A DNA stretch of 64,000 nt. It comes from Candidatus Cloacimonadales bacterium. Its GTDB lineage: Bacteria; Cloacimonadota; Cloacimonadia; Cloacimonadales; JAIOQZ01. The stretch spans positions 1,024,001 through 1,088,000 of the forward strand of contig OY762463.1 of assembly GCA_963665815.1 (NCBI GenBank), in the 5' to 3' direction. Under the pieces are notes generated by a model. That model made no database searches and was not told the origin of the DNA. It worked only from the letters and a program-made list of their open reading frames with translations. Of the stretch, positions 1 through 10,044 are shown piece after piece (positions within the stretch are counted from its first letter, which is position 1; each line of letters begins with the position of its first letter). Made by a program: the position numbers and the translations under genes.

Positions 1-1
1 G

Positions 2-1009
2 AAAATCATAGATGAAGCACGACTATCGGTTGCTGAATGCATAAATGCCGATCCTCCTGAGATAATATTTACCTCAGGAGGAACAGAGTCAAACAACTAT
101 GCATTAAAAGGTTATGTCTATGCAAATCGAGAAAAAGGAAATCATATCATCACCTCACAAACGGAGCATCCGGCAATAATGAATGTGTGCAGGCAATTAG
201 AAACAGAAGGATTCGAGGTTACATATATACCCGTCAACAGAAAAGGCTATGTTTCACTTGAGTCAATCAAGGACACAATTACCAAAAAGACAATACTTAT
301 ATCAATAATGCATGCCAATAATGAAACAGGATCCATTCAACCAATTGAAGAGATTGCAGAAATAGCTTTAAAATACAACATCTGCTTCCATACTGATGCA
401 GCTCAGTCATTGGGTAAAATCCCTGTTGATGTCAGAAAAATGGGAGTTTCCATGCTTTCCATAGCAGGGCATAAAATATACGCACCAAAAGGAATTGGAG
501 CACTTTATGTAAAAAACGGAATTGTTCTGAAAAACCTGTTTAATGGTGCCGGACATGAGAAAGGAAAGCGTCCAGGGACTGAAAACACTATTCATATTGC
601 CGGGTTTGGCAAAGCCTGCGGCATCATATCAAACTGTTTTGAAAAGAATGTTGATCATTATAAGAAACTTAGAGATATGCTTATTGATGAGCTGCAAGAC
701 AAGAATATTGATTTCATTATTAATTCCGATCTGGAAAAATGCCTACCCAACACTGCCAGTATAAGCTTCAAAGATATACAGGCTTCCTCAATTATATCTG
801 CAATGCCTGAGATTTCAGTTTCGGCTGGGTCCGCGTGCCATTCTAAGTCTACTAAGATTTCGTCAGTTCTGAAAGCTATGAAAGTGCCATTTAATCATGC
901 AATGGGGACAATCAGATTCTCAACGGGCTTACTTACAGACGATGACGAAATTTCCTATACTTCAAAAAAACTGTCTGAGATTATTATTTTTTTAAAATCT
1001 CAGCAATAA
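2..1009 (+). CDS. iscS: Cysteine desulfurase (IscS/NifS family), 5' truncated by window edge
   Basis: Frame is open from base 2 (KIIDEARLSVAECINADPPEIIFTSGGTESNN). Motifs HANNETG, HTDAAQ, PLP-lysine GHKIYAPKG and catalytic SAGSACHS. Confidence 0.92.
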   Translation, partial: KIIDEARLSVAECINADPPEIIFTSGGTESNNYALKGYVYANREKGNHIITSQTEHPAIMNVCRQLETEGFEVTYIPVNRKGYVSLESIKDTITKKTILISIMHANNETGSIQPIEEIAEIALKYNICFHTDAAQSLGKIPVDVRKMGVSMLSIAGHKIYAPKGIGALYVKNGIVLKNLFNGAGHEKGKRPGTENTIHIAGFGKACGIISNCFEKNVDHYKKLRDMLIDELQDKNIDFIINSDLEKCLPNTASISFKDIQASSIISAMPEISVSAGSACHSKSTKISSVLKAMKVPFNHAMGTIRFSTGLLTDDDEISYTSKKLSEIIIFLKSQQ

Positions 1010-3914
1010 CTCTACTTAGTTTCTCCTTTTTGTATGGTTTAGTGAGGAATCCATCCACTTTCTGCCTCAACAAGGTATCTGAATCATTCTTTTCAGTATA
1101 GCCTGATGTCAGCAAAACTTTTGCATTTGGATTAATTTTCTTTATTTCCTGAAATACTTCTGCCCCACTCATTTCAGGCATAATCAGATCAAGAATTATC
1201 AGATCAATCTGTGATTTCATAAGCTTATAGATGTTTAATGCCTCAACAGCTGATCCAGAATCAAAAACATCATATCCCAGATCTTCGAGCATCATCCTGA
1301 CGGTTGTTAGAATAACTTCCTCATCATCAATAACAAGAATCCCGCCTTCTCCTATAACAATGCTTTCATCTTCCTCATTAAGATCAACACTTCTTTCTGC
1401 TACAGGCAGATAAATACAGATTTCTGTTCCTTCGTTTAACTCACTGTCTACAGTTATCGCTCCATCATGTTCCTGCACGGTTCCATAAACAGCCGCCAGA
1501 CCAAGTCCGGTTCCTTTATTTTTCTCTTTAGTTGTAAAAAAAGGTTCAAAAATTCTATTTATATTCTTCTCATCAATACCGATACCTGTATCCTTAACGC
1601 ATATTTTCAAGAATTTTCCGGGCACAATCTCAAAAATAGAGTCTTTACAGAATTCCATAGATAAATCTACATTCTCTATAGAAAAAGTAATCAAACCTCC
1701 GTCGGGCATGGCATGACTTGAGTTTATTCCGAGGTTCATGAATACATTCTGCAATTGTGTATAGTCACCATTAACAAAATAACAATCCGCATTCAACTTC
1801 ATAGAAATTCTTGTCTTTTTATCAAGACTTCTGCTCAGTATCATTTTAGTATCATTCAGAACATTTTCAAGGTTAATGACAGTTCTTTCAATAGTACCTT
1901 TTCTACTGAATGCAAGTAACTTAGAAGTCAAATCAGCCGCTCTTTCTGCAGTTTGAGTAATCAGATCAACAAATGTAATCGAATCTGAGTCCTCCTCTTT
2001 GAGCAGTTGATTCAAAACTTGAGCAGAACCAATTATTCCTGTCAGCATATTGTTAAAATCATGTGCAATCCCCCCAGCCAATTGTCCAATTGCGTCCATC
2101 TTGCTACTATGGATCATAGCATCCTGTTCCTCAATCATTTTAGTGATATCGCTGAAAATATAGAGATTTGTATTCTCAGAAAAATCAACACTGCTGTGAT
2201 ATGAAGAAACAACATTGAGTATCTTTTTTTCTCCATTTTCTGCAATAATGTTTAGATTGAATCTTCGAATTTGATCCGTTTTGTTAAAAATTGAATTGAA
2301 AGCAAAAGACGTGTGTTCATTTTCCTGAATAAAATCGAATATAGACCTTTTTACAAGATTTTTATCGGTTTCGAATATGTCCTGCATCATTGGATTTACA
2401 AAACGGAAGATTCCTTTTCTATCAATAAGACAGATTCCTTCCCCAAGATTCTCAACAAGTTTCCTGAATGTCTCTTCACTTTTTATCAAGGCAGTTTCAA
2501 TATTTTTTCTGTCATTAATTTCCTGTTTCAATGATTTTGTAGTCTCATTTAATTTACTTAATATCTTAAGGTTTGATAATCTCTGTTCCTCACTCTTTCT
2601 ATACTGTTTAATCAACTCCAGAGAATTATTTTCAATAACTTTTTCCCTTTCAATGTTTTCAGAAATATCAATCGCAAAGCATAGAATTCCGTTTTTTGAT
2701 TCTGTAGTTGCATTAATTGTCCAATATGTAGTAATACCAATTTTCTGTACAAAACTTACTGTTAGAACAGTATGATCTCCTTGAGAAAGACTAAGCAGTT
2801 TTTCTTTTATTTTTTTAGTCTGTTCAGATTCAAAAATATCTGATACATTTTTACCAAGGAGTTCATCTCTGGAGTATCCTGCCATGTTTTCAGCCGCATC
2901 ATTCAGTTCCAGAAAAATTCCTTTTCTGTCCAGCAGAAACACACCAACCGGGGCATTGTCGAGATAATTCTTATATCGGGATTTGCTTTGAGAAATTTCA
3001 TCAGTTCTCATCAACAATTGCTTTCTTAACCGAACAACCCATATAAGAATTATTGATAGAGCGATTAATGAGATAATTGTAATTACAACAATCATAGTTA
3101 TGTTCAAATTGTAATCTGTTTTTACACCAATATTCACCCATTTGTGATAAATTTTTTTTCGTGTTCTCTGGTCAATTTTCTTAACTGCTTTATTCACTAT
3201 GGAGGAAAGAATAGGATCTTTTGTTGATACTGCTGCCCGTAAAGAATTCAAATATCCACTGTCATCGGCAATTCTTAAATTTGTAATTCCCTGCTGCTCT
3301 ATGATATAACTCGCATACATCTGACTTATAATCACTGCGTCATATATACCTGTTGAAACCCTTCTTAATCCCTCAAGATTTTCATGTACCGGTATCGGGG
3401 AAATTGCAGGATATTTTTCCCTAATAAAATCATTAACAGCACTGTCCTTTACAGTGCATACAATTTTATCTTTCAAGTCTTCCATACTATTTATTTCAGA
3501 CTTGTTTCTGACAACGATTACATATGGTACGTTTATGATATCGCTTGAGAATGAAAGATAATTTGATCTATTTAGAGTGTGAGCAATTCCAACAATAATA
3601 AAATTATTATTATTCTCTGAGTAATCTAACAAATCACCTTTTGTTTTAAAAGATTTTGTTTTGAAATCAATACCTATCAATTCTGCAATAGTATAAGAGT
3701 AATCCGGAAAAATACCAACATACTCATTCATATCATTTTGAAACATATTAGGTGGAGCTCCATCGCTGAAAAGTATGTCAATATTGTTCTGATGCTGATT
3801 AAGCCAGGCTTCCTCAACAGGAGTTAAATCAATTGCATCACTGTTCTTGCATGCAAAAACGTTAATCAAAATAATGATAAGAAATACATATAGAATACAG
3901 CTTCTTATATTCAA
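984..3914 (-). CDS. Hybrid sensor histidine kinase (periplasmic substrate-binding domain, TM, 2 PAS, HisKA, HATPase, REC)
   Basis: GGIAHDFNN H-box, DTGIG, FEPFFTTK, GTGLGL, C-terminal receiver LDLIMP. TTG start with GGAG RBS. Confidence 0.92.
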   Translation of the reverse strand: MNIRSCILYVFLIIILINVFACKNSDAIDLTPVEEAWLNQHQNNIDILFSDGAPPNMFQNDMNEYVGIFPDYSYTIAELIGIDFKTKSFKTKGDLLDYSENNNNFIIVGIAHTLNRSNYLSFSSDIINVPYVIVVRNKSEINSMEDLKDKIVCTVKDSAVNDFIREKYPAISPIPVHENLEGLRRVSTGIYDAVIISQMYASYIIEQQGITNLRIADDSGYLNSLRAAVSTKDPILSSIVNKAVKKIDQRTRKKIYHKWVNIGVKTDYNLNITMIVVITIISLIALSIILIWVVRLRKQLLMRTDEISQSKSRYKNYLDNAPVGVFLLDRKGIFLELNDAAENMAGYSRDELLGKNVSDIFESEQTKKIKEKLLSLSQGDHTVLTVSFVQKIGITTYWTINATTESKNGILCFAIDISENIEREKVIENNSLELIKQYRKSEEQRLSNLKILSKLNETTKSLKQEINDRKNIETALIKSEETFRKLVENLGEGICLIDRKGIFRFVNPMMQDIFETDKNLVKRSIFDFIQENEHTSFAFNSIFNKTDQIRRFNLNIIAENGEKKILNVVSSYHSSVDFSENTNLYIFSDITKMIEEQDAMIHSSKMDAIGQLAGGIAHDFNNMLTGIIGSAQVLNQLLKEEDSDSITFVDLITQTAERAADLTSKLLAFSRKGTIERTVINLENVLNDTKMILSRSLDKKTRISMKLNADCYFVNGDYTQLQNVFMNLGINSSHAMPDGGLITFSIENVDLSMEFCKDSIFEIVPGKFLKICVKDTGIGIDEKNINRIFEPFFTTKEKNKGTGLGLAAVYGTVQEHDGAITVDSELNEGTEICIYLPVAERSVDLNEEDESIVIGEGGILVIDDEEVILTTVRMMLEDLGYDVFDSGSAVEALNIYKLMKSQIDLIILDLIMPEMSGAEVFQEIKKINPNAKVLLTSGYTEKNDSDTLLRQKVDGFLTKPYKKEKLSRVIAEILKK

Positions 3915-4140
3915 ATCAATGTCTCCATAATATGTTTATGTTATACTTCACAGATTAGATTTTTACCCTTTTTAAAATAGTAACATTTATCCAAAAAATG
4001 TCAATAAAGAAAAACCAGAATACTCATAAAAATAAGCTTGAAATACATGAACTGCAAAAGACAATACCTGCTTTGTTTCAGCAGGCATTGTCTTATGAAT
4101 CCTTTTACATCGAAAAAAGGTCTTATTTATATCTTAAGTT

Positions 4141-4974
4141 CTATTTACCTTCAAGAGTTTCCCTGATTACTTTATCTATCTCGGAAATCATTTCTTCAGC
4201 AAAACCAACTTCTTTTTTTACTAATTCACCATTTTTCCCGATTATGTACGTTGCAGGAATACTCTGAATTCTGTACATTGCTGATACTGAAGAGCTGGAT
4301 TTTGAATCAACTAATAGCTGGTAATTTATATCTACTCCCTGAGACTTCATGGATTCCACGAACTTCTTTTGTGTAGCGACATCCTCATTGGAGATACCAA
4401 TTATGGTTAAATCCTTATACTTTTTCTTCAAACTAACAAGAAACGGTATTTCCTTTTTACATGGTGGACACCAGGTTGCCCAGAAATCAAGAACAATCAC
4501 TCCCTTTATATCAGATAGAGTAACAGATTTTCCATCAAGATCTTTTAAAGTAAAATCATATGCTGTTTTGAAGTTGACCTTTCCTGTATCTGATTTTCCG
4601 GTATTTCCCACAAGAAATTTGTGAATGGATTCTTCAGGTAATGCACCGGTAAAAGAATCAACCATATTTCCATTATGGAAAAGAGCAACATAAGGTATTG
4701 ATCTTATATTGAATTTTTTCGCAAGATTTTGATTCTCATCAGTATTGACTTTCACAAACTTTACATGAGGATAATCTTCTGATATTTTATCTAAAACAGG
4801 ACCGAGTCTTTTACAGGGACCACACCATGGAGCCCAGAAATCAACAAGAACATATCCTGAGGAGATCTCAGCAGCAAAACTGTTTTCATTTATAGATTTA
4901 ACATTCCCTGCAAACAGTGACATAATATTAATCACTAACAGAAATAGCATAATCCATTTCATATTTATTTTCAT
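4141..4974 (-). CDS. Exported thioredoxin + TlpA/redoxin two-domain protein
   Basis: Signal peptide, DFWAPWCGPC, then DFTLKDLDG...DFWATWCPPC. Confidence 0.9.
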   Translation of the reverse strand: MKINMKWIMLFLLVINIMSLFAGNVKSINENSFAAEISSGYVLVDFWAPWCGPCKRLGPVLDKISEDYPHVKFVKVNTDENQNLAKKFNIRSIPYVALFHNGNMVDSFTGALPEESIHKFLVGNTGKSDTGKVNFKTAYDFTLKDLDGKSVTLSDIKGVIVLDFWATWCPPCKKEIPFLVSLKKKYKDLTIIGISNEDVATQKKFVESMKSQGVDINYQLLVDSKSSSSVSAMYRIQSIPATYIIGKNGELVKKEVGFAEEMISEIDKVIRETLEGK

Positions 4975-5396
4975 TGTTTCTCTCCGTTAATGTAAATTTC
5001 CGCAGATAATTCGGCAGCTTTAGAAAGCATCGCACTGACCCCACAATATTGAGTTTCGGAGAGATGTACAGCTTTTTGGATCTTATCAAGGCTCAGGTTC
5101 TCACCCTCAAAACGATATTTTACAACAATCTTTGTGTATACTTTCGGATGCTCATCTTTTTGAAATCCTTCAACCTCTACACTAAGTTTGAACTCAGGTA
5201 ATTTCATTTTCTTCAGAATTGATACTACATCCATTCCGGTACAACCACCCAGGGCACTTAAAAGAAGCGGTTTGGGAGTAGGTCCTTTATTCTGTCCACC
5301 ATACTCCGGAATAGAATCTATTGTGAAGTTATAACCTGAAAGCTCAACATTGAAAGACATGCCGTCAAGATGAGTTACAACAGATTTTGTACTCAT
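4971..5396 (-). CDS. OsmC/YhfA family protein
   Basis: GPTPKPLLLSALGGCTGMDV and YCGVS motifs. Confidence 0.9.
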   Translation of the reverse strand: MSTKSVVTHLDGMSFNVELSGYNFTIDSIPEYGGQNKGPTPKPLLLSALGGCTGMDVVSILKKMKLPEFKLSVEVEGFQKDEHPKVYTKIVVKYRFEGENLSLDKIQKAVHLSETQYCGVSAMLSKAAELSAEIYINGEKQ

Positions 5397-5398
5397 AC

Positions 5399-5848
5399 TT
5401 ATTCCTCAGTTTCACTGATAGTTTTCTTGAATGCGTCAATATACATTTCAAGATACTTTATCACGTTATCAGCTTCAGCAGAAGGTAAATGCTGCATGAT
5501 CCTTTCCTGAAGTTCTTCATTTTCAGCCTCAGCACTTTCTGCAACTTCAATACCAAGATCATTAATCTCAGTATACCAGCGTCTTCTGTCAACTGTTGAA
5601 GGATAACGACTAACTAATTCCTTTTTTACAAGATTATCAACAATTCTTGTAATTCGGCTGTGAGAAACATTGAGATGAGAAGAAAGGTCATTCATGCAGA
5701 TAGGTTTAGCACTTTTATATAAATGCTCAAGAAGTCCACACTCCATTCTTCCGATCTTCCTGCAATGTCTAAGCAGAATATCATTCTCATTGAATAAAGC
5801 CTGCAATTTTTTATTAACACTGATCAATTTACTTACTTGGTCCTTCAT
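5399..5848 (-). CDS. MarR family transcriptional regulator
   Basis: wHTH segment SHSRITRIVDNLVKKELVSR and DRR wing motif. Confidence 0.88.
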   Translation of the reverse strand: MKDQVSKLISVNKKLQALFNENDILLRHCRKIGRMECGLLEHLYKSAKPICMNDLSSHLNVSHSRITRIVDNLVKKELVSRYPSTVDRRRWYTEINDLGIEVAESAEAENEELQERIMQHLPSAEADNVIKYLEMYIDAFKKTISETEE

Positions 5849-5850
5849 AT

Positions 5851-6102
5851 CTAACTCCTTTTTATTTTAAGTAATTCACAAATTTTCCCCTCATCATATC
5901 CAACAATAGGATAGTTATTTATCCATACTTGTGGAACGCCCTGTTTACCTGACTTTTTTATCATATCTCTCAAAGCTTTTTCATCCCTTGAGACATCTAC
6001 TTCTCGATATCTTATATCATTTTTACGAAGAAAATTCTTCACTTTCCTGCACCATGAACAGGTTGGTGTTGTAAAAACAATCACCTTATTCTGAGTCTTC
6101 AT
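5851..6102 (-). CDS. Glutaredoxin/NrdH-like redoxin
   Basis: TTPTCSWC, GVPQ, IVGYD. Start moved to ATG at 6102 because GGAG lies just upstream. Confidence 0.88.
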   Translation of the reverse strand: MKTQNKVIVFTTPTCSWCRKVKNFLRKNDIRYREVDVSRDEKALRDMIKKSGKQGVPQVWINNYPIVGYDEGKICELLKIKRS

Positions 6103-6367
6103 TTCTACTCCAGATAATTTTACCATGCAAACTTTACTAAATTATAAAATATATATATTAAAAAAACAAATCTTTTTTTATATGATACTCAAAATATTTA
6201 TTCTGAAATATATGACAACATCAATAAAGCAGTTCATATAAACGTTAATCAATATAACATTTTTTGTTTCTTTTATGCAAGTTTTTTTCATCACAAATTA
6301 TTATCTCAAACAATAATGATACCATCAAAGTTGATAAAGATTAATATTTTACTTCAAATTATCAATA

Positions 6368-6398
6368 AAAAAAAGCCTGTCGAACAATCAACAGGCCT
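6368..6398 (-). terminator. Intrinsic terminator
   Basis: Minus strand GCCTGTTGA-loop-TCGACAGGC followed by a T run, downstream of the 6417 ORF. Confidence 0.7.
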
Positions 6399-6416
6399 AG
6401 AAACTCTTATCTTTAA

Positions 6417-6809
6417 CTAATCTCTATCTCTTTCTATTGCTGTATTTATCAGCTTTTTCAATTCCCGCGTCTCTCTTTGACAATGCTTCACATAATCATT
6501 TTTTGACTCATATTGTCTTGACTTAGCAAAATCATCAAATTCGTAAACTCCAACATTCATTTCAGATCCATCTTTTCTCATTACAATAATCTCTACATTT
6601 AACGTTGTTGCTTCCGGATATTTAACTCCGAGATCGAAAATTTTCTTCAACATGAAAACAGTGATATTCGCAGCACCATTATTCTGTGCAGTATAAATTG
6701 CTTTCAATGAAGATCCGTTATCCTCAACTATTTCAAAATCTCCGAAACCGCTACAACCGGCAATTAAAAGAAAAACCGGAATTATTAACAAAAAAGCAAA
6801 TTTTTTCAT
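6417..6809 (-). CDS. Hypothetical lipoprotein (paralog of 6834..7256)
   Basis: Lipobox LIAGC and GAGGAG RBS. Shares YT.Q.NG and G.YEFDD with its neighbour. Confidence 0.75.
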   Translation of the reverse strand: MKKFAFLLIIPVFLLIAGCSGFGDFEIVEDNGSSLKAIYTAQNNGAANITVFMLKKIFDLGVKYPEATTLNVEIIVMRKDGSEMNVGVYEFDDFAKSRQYESKNDYVKHCQRETRELKKLINTAIERDRD

Positions 6810-6833
6810 AATTTCTCCTCAAATCTATCGTGT

Positions 6834-7256
6834 TTATATTGTTCTTCTTACAAATCTACTTGCAATATCGCGTCTCAACAGAGATCTCCACTTTGAAGGT
6901 TCTTTTGCAAACTCAGTTTTACCTTCAAAAGATCTTACCCAGTCAAGATCATCAAACTCATATTCACCCATTTCAATTACATCACCGTTTTTGGATTCTA
7001 TAAACAGGTTCATTCTAATTGTACTTACATCTGCATACCAGACTGCCTGACTATGAAGTTCCATAAGAATAAAACGGGCAGTTGCTATTTCTCCATTATC
7101 CTGAGTTGTATACTTAAAAGATAAGGTTGAACCATCTGCGCTGATTTCCTTCTTCTCAATCTTTCCATAATAACTGTCACATCCAATAATGAAAGTAAAC
7201 ACAATTACAGTAATACAGAGCAGCCAAAAAGCTCTCTTATTCAATAGAAATGTCAT
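6834..7256 (-). CDS. Hypothetical lipoprotein (paralog of 6417..6809)
   Basis: Lipobox IIGC and GGAGG RBS. Shared motifs with its neighbour. Confidence 0.75.
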   Translation of the reverse strand: MTFLLNKRAFWLLCITVIVFTFIIGCDSYYGKIEKKEISADGSTLSFKYTTQDNGEIATARFILMELHSQAVWYADVSTIRMNLFIESKNGDVIEMGEYEFDDLDWVRSFEGKTEFAKEPSKWRSLLRRDIASRFVRRTI

Positions 7257-7271
7257 TTATCCTCCGAATCA

Positions 7272-9860
7272 CTAATTCTTCAATATTAGTTTCAAATCTT
7301 CAATAATACTCATTTTATATCCATGTGTCTCATATACAAGTTTATTGTCCTTGTTAAAGGTTAATACAAATGGATAAGAATTTAACTCTTCTGATAACTT
7401 TTCGCCATAGAATACTTGAACTCCATCAGGAATTTTCTTATGAATATTATTTTCTGTTCCAGCCTGATAAACAACAAGCTGAATATTCTTGTTCTCAACT
7501 GCATAACCAAGCAGTTGATTCCAGATTCTATCCTGAGGTTCAGATGTCTCTTCAGCAAATCCAACAATTATTTTATTCTTTTTAATATTTCCGTTTTCAG
7601 TCAAGAGTTTTCCGAGCTTATCCTTAATTTTCTGTGCTACAGTTTCATTTTTACGTTCTGGAGCAGGATGTTTAATCTCCGGTATTTTCAAATCTACATG
7701 TATCGTTGCAGAATCGTTGATATCCTCAATACTCTTACAGAAGAAATTGTAATCACCGTTTTTATTTCGGACATAAGATTGCAGCATTATCCTGGATTCG
7801 GGAGTTTTATAGAAGCTGCATTTAACTGTAAGAGAATCCTTTTCCTTTACTTCAAAATAAGTATAGCTATATATACCCTCTTCACTTTGCGACGCCACAA
7901 GGAAATTTTTATACTGATCAGGTTTAATACTTTCACCATCAACACTCATGGTTAAGAAGAAATGTTTGAGAACCCTTGATTTCTGTTCTTCACTGGTTTC
8001 CTTATCTATGGGCACTGGTATAAAATCATTTCCATTATAATACTCAAGAATTCCTTTCCATCTCAAAGGAACTCCGGCAAGAGTTAATGCACTCTCGAGC
8101 AATACAAGTCTGTCGGTTTCACTTATGTACTTATTATTAAGGATATCAAGTGGATTTCTTGTACCTGTAAAGTATGTATATACAACATCCTTATCAAGTT
8201 TTGTGGATTTCATCACCCATTTGGAAAGATTTCCAACAGTTTCATCGATACTATCAGTTATCTTGTCCTCGATCATCGTTTTCAAGTTTTTCTGCCACCC
8301 ATTTTGAGGACTTAATCTTGAAAATACAGGATCAATCACATGGTTAACCCAGATACTGTCGGTATATTCCGATTTGTTTTTATTTATTGAGTAGATATCC
8401 ACAATGTTTCTAATTGATTCGGAATCAGGCAGCTCAATCAAATCTTTCAGATCCCACTTAAGTATAAGGCTATTCAGCACATATGTACCTGTAGAGTTAT
8501 CTTCAGCTTTCAAAGCTTTATATACTTTCAAGTAATCTTCTGTAGCACCATATAACTGATTTGCCTTATCAAGATACTCTCTTCTGTAATCCTTTTCATC
8601 ACTTCCATAATATTTGTCTTTCCCAGGAAGTTCGAAATACTCAAGAAATTCAATATCTTTCATTTGCTTTTGCAGTTTATTTTCCCTTGTAAGAGTAGAA
8701 ATTTTTGCTCGGTATTCATAATCATCAAGAATATCAGCTTCTTTTTCATGATCTTTGACAACATAGTTGAAATAGACATTATATCTCTTTTCAAACTGCT
8801 CATAAGGAGCAATTGTAATTTTAACTTTATCATCTTCTACAGTATCCAGAGTCGCCATACCTATTTTATCATCTTTTACTGCCATAACAAAACAACCTGT
8901 TAAGCCTAAGGTGAGTACAAGTTTTCCGTCCTTATCTGTTTTTTTGCTGAGGAATGGAAACAAACCACCAAATGAAGCTGCATATAAAGTAATTTCAGCA
9001 TTTTTTACAGGTTTTGATTTTTCATCAACTACAGATAATTCTGTTCGAACAACATCTGAATAGTATTTAGTAGTGATCAACTTTGTTACATTGTTTTCCT
9101 GAAGGACAGTATCTGAGTCCTTAAAATTACCGAAAACATTTGAAGTGACCATTGTAGCTCTGCTTGTTGCCTGGGTAAACCAGGTGTCATTCAGTCTGTT
9201 AGCAATTTCCCCAATATATTTCCATCCTGTGGGAGTCCAGACTTCAATCCAGGCATGATTACTGTCAGTAAAGTTCCAGTAAGGAGCTGATGCAGTCCTT
9301 GCCGGAATACCAACACTTCTTGCTGCAGCGATATAAATGATCATTGTTTCTTCACAACGACCTTTACCTCTTCTTATTGTAGTAAGAGGTCCCTGATCTC
9401 TTCCGGAAGTCTGTTGAAACACCATCTGTTCGTTACACCATAAGTTAACCAGAACAATTGCCTCTTCCATAGTTTCAGCATTTTGGACAATTGGATAGAG
9501 CTCGTCATAGAACCTTTTTCTCCAGTTTTCAAGCGGTTCTTGGGACACTCTATGTGGAAGTACAAAATGTTTGAAGAGCTTTTCGCTCATCTGACTTGAG
9601 TACTTGAACTCTCTAGTCCTTATTGCATACTCAATGTTTGTTTTAAGGTATTCAGCAGTCAGTACTCCCAGATCCTGATCCGATGCGTTTTCCAGAATAA
9701 ACTGAGCGTATTCTGCAGTTTTTGGGTCTTCATACTTAGTTAATTGAATCAGCGCTTTAGCATTTTTCCCGGAATATTTCTTAATTCTCTTAACTAAACT
9801 GCCGGCATTCAAGTTAAATGCTAATACAGCAATAAAAAATAAAATGGTTAGTTTTTTCAT
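7272..9860 (-). CDS. Exported transglutaminase-like domain protein
   Basis: Signal peptide, HFVLPHRV..EPLE.WR, GRCEE (Cys), RSVGIPAR, NHAWIEVW (His). Confidence 0.85.
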   Translation of the reverse strand: MKKLTILFFIAVLAFNLNAGSLVKRIKKYSGKNAKALIQLTKYEDPKTAEYAQFILENASDQDLGVLTAEYLKTNIEYAIRTREFKYSSQMSEKLFKHFVLPHRVSQEPLENWRKRFYDELYPIVQNAETMEEAIVLVNLWCNEQMVFQQTSGRDQGPLTTIRRGKGRCEETMIIYIAAARSVGIPARTASAPYWNFTDSNHAWIEVWTPTGWKYIGEIANRLNDTWFTQATSRATMVTSNVFGNFKDSDTVLQENNVTKLITTKYYSDVVRTELSVVDEKSKPVKNAEITLYAASFGGLFPFLSKKTDKDGKLVLTLGLTGCFVMAVKDDKIGMATLDTVEDDKVKITIAPYEQFEKRYNVYFNYVVKDHEKEADILDDYEYRAKISTLTRENKLQKQMKDIEFLEYFELPGKDKYYGSDEKDYRREYLDKANQLYGATEDYLKVYKALKAEDNSTGTYVLNSLILKWDLKDLIELPDSESIRNIVDIYSINKNKSEYTDSIWVNHVIDPVFSRLSPQNGWQKNLKTMIEDKITDSIDETVGNLSKWVMKSTKLDKDVVYTYFTGTRNPLDILNNKYISETDRLVLLESALTLAGVPLRWKGILEYYNGNDFIPVPIDKETSEEQKSRVLKHFFLTMSVDGESIKPDQYKNFLVASQSEEGIYSYTYFEVKEKDSLTVKCSFYKTPESRIMLQSYVRNKNGDYNFFCKSIEDINDSATIHVDLKIPEIKHPAPERKNETVAQKIKDKLGKLLTENGNIKKNKIIVGFAEETSEPQDRIWNQLLGYAVENKNIQLVVYQAGTENNIHKKIPDGVQVFYGEKLSEELNSYPFVLTFNKDNKLVYETHGYKMSIIEDLKLILKN

Positions 9861-9881
9861 TAAATCTCCAGTTATCTATTT

Positions 9882-10037
9882 TTAAATGAGATCTTTGCAT
9901 AATTTGGGGCAGTTGATTCGATTATAGAATTCATCAAATTCTGATTCAAAATGAACTTCTCTGAGAAGCTTTCTTGATGATTTCAAGAATCTCATCGATA
10001 CTTCATCCCAAAGCTGCTTGATTTTACTATTATGCAT
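9882..10037 (-). CDS. Small hypothetical protein, 51 aa (MHNSKIKQLWDEVSMRFLKSSRKLLREVHFESEFDEFYNRINCPKLCKDLI)
   Basis: Below the ORF-track cutoff. GGAGAG RBS just upstream of the ATG. Fills the gap between two co-oriented genes. Confidence 0.55.
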   Translation of the reverse strand: MHNSKIKQLWDEVSMRFLKSSRKLLREVHFESEFDEFYNRINCPKLCKDLI

Positions 10038-10044
10038 AGCTCTC

